A stretch of 64,000 nt of DNA, taken from Macrostomum lignano (lineage: Eukaryota). Position 1 is the stretch's first letter. Every line of letters begins with the position of its first letter. The notes under the pieces are model-generated. The model made no database searches and was not told the origin of the DNA. It saw only the letters and a program-made list of their open reading frames with translations. The position numbers and the translations under genes were made by a program. Below, one piece after another: positions 12,001-23,329 of this stretch. The stretch covers positions 1 through 64,000 of the forward strand of contig NIVC01002633.1 in NCBI GenBank assembly GCA_002269645.1. The letters are read 5' to 3'.

Positions 12001-14807
12001 GCAGCATACCAGATCCGCAAGGAGTCGGCGGCTGCTGCGAATGCCAGCGCTGATTCGGCCACTGAAGGACCACTGGCGATCGCCGGTCCGTCCGCGTCGA
12101 CTGGGACTGCTGCTGCTGCTGCTGCGACTTCCGCAAAGCGACGCAAGATCGACGAGATCGACGAATACCTACTGGGCAGGTTCATCGGTCCAATGGAGGC
12201 GGTTAACACCATCCTGGGCTTCGAGGTGCACAGCCGATACCCGCCTGTGATCAGGCTCGCGGTTCATCTTAAGGACGAGCAGCGGGTCTTCTTCACTGAC
12301 GAGACGGCTCAGGCTGTTGCTGCTACGCCCAAGGCCACGACTTTGACCGCCTTCTTCGATGTGAGTTTTGCAGACAAAGTGCAATTTGTTAAATTTATTC
12401 CTCCTTCCTGTTTCTACCCGCCCACTTTCCTGTTCCTACCCGCCCAGCTCTGTCGCCATGACGAAATCGCCCGAGGTCTGCTGTACCAGGAGGTGCCCCG
12501 GCACTTCACCTGGGACCCCAGGGCGCACCAGTGGCATCGCGCAGGTCGCGGCCGAGTCGCTGCTGATCAGCCAGCCGATGTTCTGACGACCAGCAACATC
12601 GGCCGCATCTACACAGTCAGTCCTCGGATGGGCGACTGTTTTTACCTGCGCCTGCTGCTGGTGAATGTGCGCGGCCCGACTTCGTTCGAGGCTCTGCGCA
12701 CTGTTGACGGAGTCCTGCTGCCGACCTTCAAGGCCGCCTGCCAGGCTCGCGGACTGCTGGAAGACGACAGGCACTGGCAGCTGTGTCTGTATGAGGCTGC
12801 CCAGACGCGGATGCCTGCTGCTCTGCGCCGACTTTTTGCCGCAATTTTGGCTCACGGCGATCCCAGCGACCCCGCCAAGCTCTGGGAGGAGTTTTCCCGC
12901 GAGATGGCTGGTGACCTGCTGCATCAGGGCTTGAGCGCCGAGGCTGCTAGGGCCGAAGTGCTGCGGTCGCTGCAGAAGCGGCTGGAGCGGATGGGCGGAT
13001 CCGAGCTGTCTGCCTACGGCCTTCCTGAACCACCGGCAGAAGCGGATCAAGTAAATGAACTCACTGCTATGCACACTGACTGTTGATATTTTTAACCTTT
13101 AATAGCTTACTGATGACAGCTTCTTCTCAATATCCAGACTCGGCTTCTTTCTGACTGCCTGCCGACGCCGCAAGAAGCTGCTGAGCTGCAGTCTGAAGTG
13201 GATGCGCTGGTCGCTACCCTGACTGACGAGCAGCGAGCTGTCTTCGAGGCCGTGCAGTCCAATCTGACGGCCGGTGGCGGCGGGCTGCACTTCATTGACG
13301 CTCCTGGAGGCACAGGCAAGACGTTCCTGCTCACGCTTCTGCTGAAGTCGGTTCGAGCAAGGCGTCAAATTGCTGTTGCCGTCGCGTCATCGGGCATCGC
13401 GGCGACTATTCTTCCCTGAGGTCGGACCGCCCATTCGATGTGAGTTTTGTGTCTGCATCAATCATTTTATAAACGGTTCATTTTTAAGCACAGAAAGGCA
13501 TCCTTTTAATCCTTTTAATTTATCCTCAAAATTGAAAATCCTCGCGATACCTGCCTACAGGTTCAAGATCCCCGTCTGCGCTGTACGGCAGGACAGCGCC
13601 TTCTGCTCCATCGGCAGGCGGAGCAAATTGGCGGAGATTCTGCGGAACGCCCGCCTCATCGTGTGGGACGAGGCTCCGATGACGCACCGCAAAGACCTCG
13701 AGATCGTCGAGCGTACTCTGCGGGATTTGCTGCACGGTGGGCAGCCGTTCGGGGAGCGCTGCTGGTGCTGGCTGGCGACTTTCGCCAGTTGCTTGCTGTT
13801 GTGCCCGGAGGGACGCAGGCCAACACGATTGAAGCCTGCCTGAATCGGTCGGTGCTGTGGCCGCACTTCAGGCAGCACCAGCTAACAAGGAATCTGCGGC
13901 TGGAGGGCGGCTCGGCTCTCCAAAGCTACGCGGATTTTCTTATGCAGGTGAGAATCTATGGAGTTTCTATGCTCTCATTAAGCATGCAAATTGAAGGAAA
14001 AAATTGTAAAATTTTATTCCACTTTTTCACCGTCAGGTTGGCAACGGGGAGCTGCCAGAGGACGTTGAGGGCATGGTCTCCTTGCCTAGCGAGATCCTTC
14101 TGCCCGAGGACACAACCACTGAGCAGCTCATTCGGCATGTTTACCCGTCCTTTGAGCCGAGTGCGCAGCGTGACCAGATGTTCGCGGAGCGGAGCATCCT
14201 GGCGCCACTCAACAGGACGGTGGACGAGGCCAACGCCGCCTGCTTAGCGCTCTTCCCCGGTGAGAGTCGAGTCTACTTATCTGTTGACTCGATTCCGAAT
14301 GACGACACGGCAGCCACCAATTTTCCACCGGAGCTGCTGAACCGGCTGGACCCCAGCGGTATGTCGCATCACCGACTGGAGCTGAAGGTCGGCATGCCGG
14401 TCGTCATGATGCGGAATCTGGACCCACCGCTGCTGTGCAACGGGACTCGGCTACTGCTGCGTGAACTGCGTGACAACGTCCTGCTAGCGGAGGTAACCAC
14501 CGGCGTCTACCGTTCGCGGCAGGTGTTCATCCCGCGGATCCCGCAGGAGCCGAGTCCGACAGAGGTTCCGTTTGTTTTCCGCCGTCTGCAGTTCCGGATC
14601 CGGCCGTGCTTCGCCATGACCATCCACAAGAGCCAGGGCCAGTCGCTGGGCACCTACGCCGTCGACCTGACGACGGCTTGCTTTCAGCATGGCCAGCTCT
14701 ACGTGGCTCTGAGTCGTGCGCGGAGTGCCGATGGCGTTAAAGTTCGGGCTCCAGGCGGACGGACGCGGAACATCGTGCTGCGCCAGCTTATTGGCAAGCA
14801 GAACTGA
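9033..14807 (+). pseudogene. Helitron Rep-Helicase (HUH Rep + PIF1-like SF1 helicase), 9 exons, one nonsense codon and one frameshift
   Basis: Exons 9033-9505, 9658-9775, 9937-10510, 10768-11406, 11522-12360, 12448-13050, 13120-13439, 13561-13947, 14037-14807, all phase-compatible. N-terminal ~23-aa STPR-like repeats; CPHC..CC Zn-finger-like motif; Rep motifs FLTMTCNPKW, EYQKRGLPHVH, YVVKYITK; helicase motifs APGGTGKT, IVWDEAPM, GDFRQ, AMTIHKSQGQSL. TGA at 13417-13419 (expected GGA); -1 slip in a G run near 13751-13755. Confidence 0.92.
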
Positions 14808-14849
14808 TTAGACTCAATTGAATTAACAGACTCAAATGACAGAAATATA

Positions 14850-15375
14850 ATATGAGTGACATATTATAAGAGTGAGTGATAAATTATGAGAGTGAGAGAA
14901 AAATTATCAGAGTGAGAGACAAATTATGAGAGTAAGTGAAAAATTATGAGAGTGAGTGACAAATTATGAGAGTGAGTGACAAATTATGAGAATAAATGAC
15001 AAATTATGAGAGTAAGTGACAAATTATGAGAGTGAGGGACAAATTATGAGAGTAAGTGACAAATTATGAGAGTAAGTGACAAATTATGAGAGTGAGTGAC
15101 AAATTATGAGAGTGAGTGACAAATTATGGGAGCGAGTGGGTGAAAAATTATGAGAAGGAGTGGTTAATCATGAGAGGGAGTGAAAAATTATGAGTGACAA
15201 ATTTGAGAGCGATAATACTTATGAGGGTGCAAAATTCAGGATGTCATATTGAGTGTGACGAATTATGAGAGTGATAAATTATGAGAGACAAATTATGAGT
15301 CAAAAAAATTTTGAGAGTGACGAATTCACGAGCGAAAATACTTATGCCACATTGAGTGCCAAATTGAGAGTGCGA
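14850..15375 (+). repeat. ~20-bp minisatellite (aaattatgagagtgagtgac) in the Helitron 3' region
   Basis: Regular copies 14870-15130 that degrade toward 15375. Confidence 0.9.
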
Positions 15376-16486
15376 CAAATAATGAGACTGATAAATCTTT
15401 TAACATAAACTATTAGGTAGTGGCAAAACTGTTTCTTGATAGAGTTGCTCATATAAGGGGAGCTTCTAAGAATGCTCAGGCTCCAAGCAATTTAGATTCA
15501 ATTGCCGTACTTATTTTTTCTGAATCTTTTTAATGTACAAAGTAGCCGTTCGTAATTATTTATGTATTTTGTTACACGTGTAATATTAACGGCCAATTCA
15601 CACATTTAGTATTGTCAGTTAAGTTATTAGATTTCTTCCACTTTCTCCCCACCTTTGCTTGCACCCCTATTATAACACAATTGCATTGCTTTAATAAAAA
15701 ATATATGCCATACTGTACTCGGGGTGCGCAGGATTCAGAATACAAACGAGCCAGTCGATTGATAGGCTATTAGTAAACATCATAAATAATGAAAAGGTAT
15801 TACATGCACATAAATTCTGAATTAACAATTATGCAATACTTAGCCAATGACCCGTGCTTATACTATCCCTTTAATTTGGTCGTTTCCTGCGCACCCCCAA
15901 TGATGTCTTTGAATTAGTTTTTTAATATATTTAACGGAGACACAGAAGTATAACTACCTGATAGGAATGGATGCGTTAGTTAGATTTCTAATTGCGCGTT
16001 GTGTACTGAAAGTGTAGGTCGCTGTGTACGTATTGGAGGGTTGATTTGGATTGCGTAACCTTATAGTTAATTTATAATGAGCCTAACACCGACTGCCTGA
16101 TAAATTGATTACGTCATAAATGCTTTGTGTGACTCTTACTCTGACTGACTTAGCTCATGAGATTCAGCTGATGGATTTCAGGGAATGGAATTCCGGTTAT
16201 GGGATTCCGGTGATGGGAGTTCTTCCCCTTTCTCCTCCGGAGGAGTTGGCCTCGTACTGTAATAATGAGCCGTACCTTTTTGTAATCCAGTTTGCCAAAA
16301 CAATATATATACGTACATGTAGAACCAACTTCGGGCACTTCAGGCACTGCGAATTCACTCGATTCAGTTGAAGGGTAGGCAGAGACAGAGAGCCAGCTTT
16401 CTGCCTTAAACTGACTGACTGAATTCATTCTCATAGCATCGCTCTATGCAAATAAGCCTGTCAGCCTCGTCAGCTGTTATCAAACC

Positions 16487-16975
16487 AACAGCTCCGTTGC
16501 ATTCCGCCGCTCTCCCCAACAGCTCCGCTGCATTCCGCAGCTCCCCCACAGCTCCGCTGCATTCCGCCGCTCTCCCCAACAGCTCCGCTGCATTCCGCAG
16601 CTCCCCCACAGCTCCGCTGCATTCCGCCGCTCTCCCCAACAGCTCCGCTGCTTTCTGCAGCTCCCCCACAGCTCCGTTGCATTCCGCCGCTCTCCCCAAC
16701 AGCTCCGCTGCTTTCCGCAGCTCCCCCACAGCTCCGTTGCATTCCGCCGCTCCCCCCCAACAGCTACGCTGCTTTCCGCCGCTCTCCCCAACAGCTCTGC
16801 TGCTTTCCGCCGCTCCCCCCAACAGCTACGCTGCTTTCCGCCGCTCTCCCCAACAGCTACGCTGCTTTCCGCCGCTCTCCCCAACAGCTCTGCTGCTTTC
16901 CGCCGCTCCCCCAACAGCTACGCTGCTTTCCGCTGCTCTCCCCAACAGCTCTGCTGCTTTCCGCCGCTCCCCCCG
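16487..16975 (+). repeat. ~30-bp GC-rich minisatellite with a 60-bp (31+29) dimer
   Basis: gctccgctgcattccgccgctctccccaaca alternates with gctccgctgcattccgcagctcccccaca, then drifts to gctttcc variants. Confidence 0.9.
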
Positions 16976-17549
16976 CATGCCTCCAGATCTAGATTCCTTG
17001 GTTTTATCCGTGATCCAAAGATCCAACTATACAAAATCTCTATCAATCAAACACTAAGTTTGCTGCTCAATCTGCTTTCCATATACCTTGCTTGAGGAGC
17101 ATATGGATCAGTGAAGTCTAGCCAGTGTCATTTAGATCGTCAAAAGCAATACAGCATGGCATTACAATGTATTTCAAGCGATTCAAACGGCTATTACGCT
17201 AGTAGCATTCAACAAGATTGGTTTTGGCGCCACGCAAGACGCAATCTAAAATTTTTGGTACAATGTTACGTCAGTAGATACGAAGTACTATAATAATTGT
17301 AATGCAGAACACCGGCAGTAGCTAAATAATGACGCCCGAACTTGAATTTTGCGATAATATTACACGCAATAAATAGCATTGACATCGGAAAGCAATAAGT
17401 AAAACAGTAATAAGTATAAGCTATTGAATTGCGAGTACGCGATATGCACCATCACAGTTCGCAGCTAGGCAAATTATTTTGAAGAGAAAATAATAACAAG
17501 GCACACCCAGTATTGTTGAGTTAAAAGTAACAGTTCACAATGGGAGGCG

Positions 17550-18410
17550 GTGTCAGATCAGTTCTCTCAGTGTGAGCTCTCTAAAGGCGGCAACAGCGTG
17601 CGCCTGGCCAATCACCCCAGCGCCATCCAACAGGCAATCCGCGACGCGACTCGCCCGGCCGTAGCCCCGGCGCCAGGGGCCCTGCATCGTGAGCAGCAGG
17701 ACGTCTTGCACTGGTTGAGAACAGTAGGCCTCCGCGTGGATGGTGTGGCCCGCCAGCTGATGTCTTCGCCTGCGGAGGGTCTCGCTAGGTGATCGCAGCG
17801 GTCTGGCAGCGCGGCGTTCTGCAGGACGACTCGGATGGAGCGGAAGGCCGCCCAGGCCAGGCCCCTGCGTCGCGCCAAGTCCTCCTGGACACTGGGCACA
17901 AGATCGCCGGGGTACGTGAAGCACGCGCAGCGAGGTAGAGCTGCTGCATGACCGTTGGGTGTCCCAGCAGGTGATTTTGATAGGCAGCTCCGCAGGTACA
18001 GTCATCACCTCCGTCTTCTCGATGCTCACCGCTAGCCCGACCGATGCCGCAGCTGCCACCAACCAGGCTGTCTAGCATGCGCTGGGCTCCCTCAGCCATA
18101 GAGGCGGGCAGCGCCAGGTCGTCGGCGTAACCCATGACCCCATGAGTGACAGCCGCTTCTCCGATTGGCGGCTGCTTGTTTGCCGGCACAGTAGGAAGCC
18201 GTCCTCGTCTGTTGGCAGGGCCCTAGGTAGCACCCCATCGAGCACCAACACGAAAAGGTAGGACGCAAGCGTGTCGCCTTGCAGCATCCCTGAGGTCGTG
18301 TTGAACAGGTCGGATAGTCCGTCAGGTGTCACCACGGCGGCCAGGGTCTCCTAGAAGAGAGTTATGGTTGCTGCGACCAGTCGCTCCGGCACGTGGTATG
18401 ACCTCTAGAC
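17550..18410 (-). mobile_element. Decayed non-LTR retrotransposon RT fragment (RTE/L2-like)
   Basis: Minus-strand pieces in shifting frames: YHVPERLVAA, SGMLQGDTLASYLFVLVLD, GYADDLAL, SVGLAVSIEKTEVM, EDLARRRGLAWAAF. Confidence 0.85.
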
Positions 18411-18489
18411 CGGTGCGAGGACATTCTGAAGAGAGAAAAGAGAAATATTCTTTTCACTTCTGAAAAGGATAATTAAATTTTATTAGCAG

Positions 18490-20080
18490 AGCTACGAGAA
18501 GGGTGAGGCTGAATAGGAAAATAGGGTGGGGCTGGAGGGGCGAAGAGGTTGAGGCTGGGGTAGGAGAGGGTGAGGCTGGAGGGGAGGAGAGGATGCGGCT
18601 GAAGAGGAGAGAGTGGGGCTGGGGGGAAGAAGGGGGTGGAGCTGGAGGGGACATGGAGCGAGAGCGAGGCTGAAAGAGAACAAGGGTAGGTCCTGGAGAG
18701 AAGGATAGGGGCTGGAAGGAAGGAGAGGGTAGGTTTGTGGGGAGAAAAGGGTGAGGATTCAACTGGAGGACATAGTAGGGCTAGAGGGGACGAGGGGGTA
18801 TTGAAGGAAAGAAGAGAGTAGAGGCTAGAGGGTAGGAGGACGAGGTTGGAGGAGAAAGGGTGATGTTAGAGAGGAGAAAGGGTGAGGGCTAGAGAGGAGG
18901 ATGAGGCTAACGGAGAGAAGAGGGTGAGGCTGCAGGGAAGGAGGGTAGGACTGAAGGCAAGGAGGGTAGGGCTAGAAGGAAGGGGGTGGGGCTACAGAAG
19001 AGAAGAGGGTGAGGCAGTAGGGTAGGAGGGTGGCGCTGGAGGGAAGGGAGGTGGGGCTGGAGGGAAGGGAGGTGGGGCTGGAGGGGAAAAGAGGGTGAGG
19101 CTGGAGGGGAGAAGAGGTTGGAAACTGGATGGGAGGGTGGAGCTAGAGGGTAGGAGTGTGGGGCTGGAGGGGAGAAGAGGGTGGAAGCTGGAAGGGAGGC
19201 GGGGCTAGAGGGAAGGAGAGTGGGGCTGGAGGGAAAGGGGTGGGGCTACAGAAGAGAAGAGGGTGGGGCTAGAGGGAAGGAGGGTGAGGCTGGAGGGGAG
19301 GAGGGTGAGGCTGGAGGGGAGAAGAGGTTGGAAACTGGGAGGGTGGGGCTAGAGGGTAGGAGTGTGGGGCTGGAAGGAAGGGGGTGGGGCACAGAAGAGA
19401 AGAGGGTGAAAGCTGGAGGAGAGGGTGAAGCAGTAGGGTAGGAGGGTGGGGCTGGAGGAAAGGAGGGTGGGGCTGGAGAGGAGGAAGGTGAGGCTGGAGG
19501 GGAGAAGAGGTTGGAAACTGGGAGGGTGGGGCTAGAGGGTAGGAGGGTGGGGCTGGAGGGTAGGAGGGTGGGGCTGGAGGGTAGGAGGGTGGGGCTGGAG
19601 GGGAGAAGAGGGTGGAAGCTGGAAGGGAGGGCGGGGCTAGAGGGAAGGAGAGTGGGGCTGGAGGGAGGGGTGGGGCTACAGAAGAGAAGAGGGTGGGGCT
19701 GGAGGGAAGGGGGGGAGCTGGAGGGAGGAGGTGGGGCTAGGGGAGAAGAGGTGGAAGGAGGGAGGGTGGGGCTAGAGGGTAGGAGGGTGGGGCTGGAGGG
19801 GAGAAGAGGGTAGGAAGCTAGAAGGGAGGGCGGGGCTAGAGGGTAGGAGGGTGGGGCTAGAAGGAAAGGGGTGGGGCTACAGAAGAGAGAGAGGGTGGGG
19901 CTAGAAAGGAAGGGGTGGGCTAGAAGGAAGGGGTGGGGCTAGAGAGAAGGGATGGGTCTAGAGGAGAGAAGAGGGTGGAAGCTGGAGGGGAGGGTGGGGC
20001 TAGAGGAAAGGAGGGTGGGGCTGGAGGGTAGGATAGTGGGACTAAAGGCTAGGAAGGTGGGGCTAGAAGGTAGGAGGGCG
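18490..20080 (+). repeat. G-rich, purine-skewed minisatellite (gggtggggctagagggaaggag-like)
   Basis: Dozens of GGG/GGGG runs separated by short spacers; almost no C/T on + strand. Confidence 0.85.
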
Positions 20081-21118
20081 AGATTATGATAAAAGGGTAA
20101 GAATTTAATGGGAAAACATTGTGGGACTAGAGAGGAGGGAAATACTGAAGGGAAAAGAAGGTAAGGCTTTAGAGAAGAGAATATGGGCTAGAAAGAAAAA
20201 GTAAGGCCTAGCATTAAAGGGGAAGAAAAGGTCGCAACTAGAGGGATATCATGACTTTATATAGTGCCAATGAATAGTTATTAGTTAGGCCTAATCTATA
20301 GTTGATTAGACTATGGCTAATTATTTCAAAAAGATTTTTATTCTAGGCATGCTTTATCTTATATAGTTATATTCCTACTTTTGATTCCTATAAAACAATA
20401 TTATTAAAACATTTTAATATAAAATATTATAAACATAGGCTAGGCTTAGCCCCCTTAGGTCTTATAAAAAGATAGGCCTAAGCAACTTAAATTAAAGAAG
20501 GACCAAATGAATTTTAGATCCAAAGTTATAAAAGATTCTTATTAGCATTAAAAAAACATATTCTAATATAGCATAAAGGCTTTATAACACAAAAGAAAAG
20601 AAAATATTTTAGACTTAGACCTATCAGTCAATAGTAGAAAATAATCAATGATTTGAAATAGAAGGCTTTGTATTACTATTAGGTAAAAAAATTACTATAC
20701 TAGGTAGGTAGTTTTTATCTATTGCTAGGCTATAAGATTTTAGAAGCCTAGAAAGCTTATTAAATATGCATTTTGCCTAGGCTAAACAAAAAATTGGATA
20801 GTTATGTAAATTTTAAATGATTCCAAAGTCTAAAGAGCAATAAATAAATCTGTAAGCCTAACTAATTGGCAAGTGGTAAAATTTTATGTATAGGCAGGCT
20901 TATTTTATTAGCTAGCTAAAATGCAATTTAAATTGTACACTTGTTTACTAATATCACACGTGGCTTATAGAACCGGCTGGTGCATACGTGCGCAAATGTA
21001 TTAAATACAACGTAAAATAAATCCAGAAATACATGCAGCGCTACACCGCTGCATTCATTACTGGGCTGCAAGGCCGTGTTTTCCGAGGATAGAATGGCCT
21101 CACGAGTGGGACACGGCT

Positions 21119-22504
21119 GGTAAGGGGTAAAACACTACCCGAAAAATGGGGTAACAGGCTACCCGATGATTTTAGGCGTCTACCCGCTTCAAATCGTCCA
21201 GAAAATGCGCCTAACCTATGCAGCTTCTAGTGTGGAACTTTTTTAGGTGAAAAACTGAAAGATTATGATGAAATTCACGTTTATTTTTGTTGGTAGTGTT
21301 TTACTCCAAAAAGCTACCCAAAACTACCCGACCCCTACCCACGTCATTGAGAATCGAAAAACAATATAGCTAAGCTTACTTTTACATCTTCTGCCATAAT
21401 GTATAATATCAAGTGGTTTTAACGTGTATGAGCAAAGTTAAGGTTATGGGTAATTTGTTTTACTGTATTTTACTTTCGAATTTTTTAACAGGCATTTTCG
21501 TTTACGTTTGACTTAGTTATTGTGTAGCCCGTTAAGCTAGCGTAAGGTGCAAACTAATATTAAAGCATCGTTTTTTAGTTGATGCATAGTATAGAAAATA
21601 AATTACCTCTAATAGAGGCTCGGTATATTTTTGCCTCAATTCAAAGTGAATTTCACTGTCGAAGTTTTTTATGGTTAACATTAAATAAATTTAATGTTTA
21701 AATTAATTAAATAATTATTTTCAATTAATACTTAAATACTTAAATCAAATTAAATGAAATTAAATTATTATAATTAAATTATTAATATAATTATTTAATT
21801 ATAATTATTAAATAATCATTATTTAATTGGAACTAATTATTTAATTTAATTTAATTAATTAATTTAATTTAATTTGATTTAACTATTTAATTATTTAATT
21901 GAAAATAATTATTTAATTAATTTAAACATTAAATTTATTTAATGTTAACCATAAAAAACTTCGACAGTGAAATTCACTTTGAATTGAGGCAAAAATATAC
22001 CGAGCCTCTATTAGAGGTAATTTATTTTCTATACTATGCATCAACTAAAAAACGATGCTCTAATATTAGTTTGCACCTTACGCTAGCTTAACGGGCTACA
22101 CAATAACTAAGTCAAACGTAAACGAAAATGCCTGTTAAAAAATTCGAAAGTAAAATACAGTAAAACAAATTACCCATAACCTTAACTTTGCTCATACACG
22201 TTAAAACCACTTGATATTATACATTATGACAGAAGATGTAAAAGTAAGCTTAGCTATATTGATTTTCGATTCTCAATGACGTGGGTAGGGGTCGGGTAGT
22301 TTTGGGTAGCTTTTTGGAGTAAAACACTACCAACAAAAATAAACGTGAATTTCATCATAATCTTTCAGTTTTTCACCTAAAAAAGTTCCACACTAGAAGC
22401 TGCATAGGTTAGGCGCATTTTCTGGACGATTTGAAGCGGGTAGACGCCTAAAATCATCGGGTAGCCTGTTACCCCATTTTTCGGGTAGTGTTTTACCCCT
22501 TACC
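21119..22504. mobile_element. Foldback/MITE-like element: ~610-bp near-perfect inverted arms around a ~165-bp almost pure A/T core
   Basis: 21119 ggtaaggggtaaaacactacccg... is the reverse complement of ...cgggtagtgttttaccccttacc 22504; arms pair to about 21728/21895 with about 3 mismatches seen; no ORF; no clear TSD. Confidence 0.85.
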
Positions 22505-23329
22505 TACAACATCGATTTTCTATTTTTCCCTGCTTAGAATCTTGCTGTTCCGTCATTAGTCGTTAATCGGCTGAAAAAACCGTAAAAAAATTCTTGACGC
22601 CCTTTCAAATACCTTACTTAATACAAATATCGTGTAGTACTCGTTTTCAGCGATCGTGTAAAATTTAACCTTTTGAATAAATACTAAATAAATCGGATCA
22701 TACTGGCATAACAGGCTCCTTAAGCCTAAGCCAAATTTACTACTACTACTTTACTACTACTACTGTAGCCAAACAGGCTAATTGCCGGAGCCAAATTCTT
22801 ACTACTACTACTACTACTAACCGAAGATACGGCGGTCATCCCAGATAGAGTCCGGCCTGTTTTTTTAAATATACCCTTATAGCTGACTGCATTTCTAGAG
22901 AGTATTTGTATCGTATACATGTCGTTTGGACTGCAATAGGGGACTATAATAGAAAAGTGTAAAATTGAATTGTAGACATGTTGTATGATTTGTATCATAT
23001 TTTCATTTTACTTTAGGCTTCTAATTACTTTCCCTAAGGTCAGGAGGAATCCTATAGTATAGGAGTGGAGTTGTAGTCGCCTATCTTATTTTTAATTCAA
23101 TTTATTTGAAAAAAATACAGATTTTTTAAGTTTAAAATATTATTTGCCTATTCTATTGGTTTAATTAAAATTTGCATTTAGGCAAGAGCCTTAGCCTAGG
23201 CCCTTAGGGCCTGGTCTTTCATTCCATCCTGAATTTTGCTTAACTTGGCCCTGATGGCCTGATTAAGTTGTCACAGATCTTATTTGTCTTGTCATAGGCC
23301 CTATAATATTTCAAAAAGAATTAAATAAA

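Larger units (their letters stand above)
8256..16254 (+). mobile_element. Full-length autonomous-type Helitron
   Basis: 5' TC(TC)TTAATACTAAAAG plus about 180 bp similar to the 5' ends of units A/B; RepHel gene inside; 3' palindrome CTCCTCCGGAGGAG (16232-16245) then CTCG (16251-16254) followed by T. Confidence 0.88.

Noticed and set aside
22726-22998. Minus-strand 90-aa ORF with poly-Ser
   Set aside because: No recognisable family; AT-rich and driven by a (tac)n microsatellite. It could be a decayed exon, but I cannot support that.
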